40,490 nucleotides of DNA. Origin: Candidatus Marsarchaeota archaeon (GTDB lineage Archaea; Micrarchaeota; Micrarchaeia; Micrarchaeales; Micrarchaeaceae). Location of the stretch: contig JAMCYO010000021.1 in assembly GCA_023473395.1 (NCBI GenBank), forward strand, positions 1-40,490. The letters run 5' to 3'. The notes beneath the pieces are model-generated. The model had not been told where the DNA came from and made no database searches. It was given only the letters and a program-made list of their open reading frames with translations. Made by a program: the position numbers and the translations under genes. Positions 39,418 through 40,490 of this stretch are shown piece by piece; position 1 is the stretch's first letter; the number at the start of each line of letters is the position of its first letter.

Positions 39418-39996
39418 TTGGAGATATGGGAGAGCATAGCCGTAAATATAATGGAAAAGAACAAGTTCACTTTTTCTTCTAAATTCGAAGCCAACATTGC
39501 GGCTTCCTTGGGTATAATGGGGATAGGCTTTTCCTATCAAAACCTAAAATTTTACATAGAATACGATAACGAAATAATAACCTACACTCCTGATTTCGTA
39601 CTCCAAGAAAAAAAGGATTCCAAAACCGTGCTTATAGAACCTCACGGGAAAAAGTACATGGACGAAAGGTTCTTTCACAAAATGCACGCATACAAAGAAA
39701 ACCCGGTTTCGAAAGAATACTATCTTATCCTAATAACTGACAAGGAGCCGAAGAAACCTGACAAGCTCAAGATAGGGCTTAAAAAATACGGATATCGCAA
39801 AGAGGACATATGCGACGAACTATGGTACATACCTTACAATAATATTTTGGACCTCCAATTGAGCATAAAAAACGAGCACGGCTCCATATATTCGAAGCTC
39901 GCAAGCCTCAAGCGTAGCGAAAGCGAGGAGAACATCCCGATTCAAATGCTAAGGCGTCCTGTACAAAACCTGTCGAAATCGCATGCGCAGTTTTGA
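39418..39996 (+). CDS. putative PD-(D/E)xK superfamily nuclease
   Basis: SKFEANIA..L, YTPDFVL and VLIEPHG match the E...PD...ExxG pattern of restriction-like nucleases. Confidence 0.6.
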   Translation: MEIWESIAVNIMEKNKFTFSSKFEANIAASLGIMGIGFSYQNLKFYIEYDNEIITYTPDFVLQEKKDSKTVLIEPHGKKYMDERFFHKMHAYKENPVSKEYYLILITDKEPKKPDKLKIGLKKYGYRKEDICDELWYIPYNNILDLQLSIKNEHGSIYSKLASLKRSESEENIPIQMLRRPVQNLSKSHAQF

Positions 39997-40017
39997 AAAC
40001 TGAAAAGGCAGCACAAG

Positions 40018-40148
40018 CGCCAGGGTAGGGATTTGAACCCTAAAGCCCGTGAGGGCACCGGTTTACCTGTCGCGCCACACATCACTAATCAGCTCTTGAC
40101 GTTTTGAAAACTCAAGACCGGCGCGTTACCAGATTCTGCCACCCTGGC
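40018..40148 (-). tRNA. tRNA-Ser(TGA) with 47-nt intron at 37/38 (40064-40110)
   Basis: GCCAGGG/CCCTGGC-G acceptor stem, CCGGT-CT-TGA-G|intron|A-ACCGG and long variable arm GCCC-TCAC-GGGC. The CTTG/CAGG helix has 3-nt bulges. 84 nt after splicing. Confidence 0.92.
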
Positions 40149-40211
40149 ATTGCATAAAGTTTTTGCTGGGAAAGTATATAAAACATTCAATATCCAGTAA
40201 TATTCGGGCAC

Positions 40212-40490
40212 ATGAAAACATACATAGGCACTTCGGGCTGGCTCTACGGTTGGAATAAGCAGGGCACTCTAGAATGGTATATAAAGAACTCTGGCATGAA
40301 CGCAATGGAGCTAAACTCCAGCTTCTACAGGTTCCCGTATAAGAATCAGATAAAATCTTGGTCTGAAAGGGGAAAGCGCCTAGCATGGGTAATAAAGGTA
40401 AACAGGGTCATAACGCATGTTCACATGCTTAACGGCAAATCCTACGGCTACTACGAAAGCTTTACCTCATCTTTTAGCCCGTTCGGCAAA
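40212..40490 (+). CDS. DUF72 family protein (runs off the window end)
   Basis: MKTYIGTSGW, ELNSSFYRFP and VIKVNRVITH are characteristic DUF72 motifs. Confidence 0.9.
   Translation, partial: MKTYIGTSGWLYGWNKQGTLEWYIKNSGMNAMELNSSFYRFPYKNQIKSWSERGKRLAWVIKVNRVITHVHMLNGKSYGYYESFTSSFSPFGK

Noticed and set aside
25520-40017. Integrated mobile element between tRNA-Ile and tRNA-Ser
   Set aside because: No integrase, transposase, viral hallmark gene or duplicated tRNA end was seen.
40018-40148. Possible selenocysteine or opal suppressor tRNA
   Set aside because: The anticodon is 5'-TGA-3' (reads UCA, Ser), not TCA. The acceptor stem is the normal 7 bp.

Overview
Archaeal chromosomal segment, probably from a small-genome DPANN lineage such as Micrarchaeota. 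That assignment is inferred from the tRNA-Ile with a UAU anticodon, intron-bearing tRNAs without encoded CCA, GGTG-type Shine-Dalgarno sites, bacterial-type gyrase and trimmed conserved operons. The first ~25.5 kb is core housekeeping: adk-DUF106-rpl34e-cmk-rpl14e, thermosome, gyrBA, radA, GINS-rpl44e-aIF2a-PAC2, TFE, rpl15e-pcc1, rpl3-4-23-2-[small orphan]-rps19-rpl22-rps3, aglB and three tRNAs. The remainder is accessory. It holds a nucleobase/nucleoside salvage cluster (NCS1 permease, an ECF transporter whose double ATPase is fused to a purine-type phosphoribosyltransferase, thymidine kinase), an S66 peptidase, small orphans, Nudix, a PD-(D/E)xK-like protein, tRNA-Ser and DUF72. Three observations stand out. 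(1) A promoter-bearing ~65-nt RNA is complementary, with G-U-compatible mismatches, to the ribosome-binding region of the divergent neighbouring ORF, resembling a type I toxin-antitoxin layout. (2) The tRNA-Ser(UGA) intron carries a box D'/C' motif and a guide that, by the N+5 rule, points exactly at the tRNA's own wobble U34. (3) The ECF ATPase is fused to a PRTase. No CRISPR array, integrase or transposase was seen.
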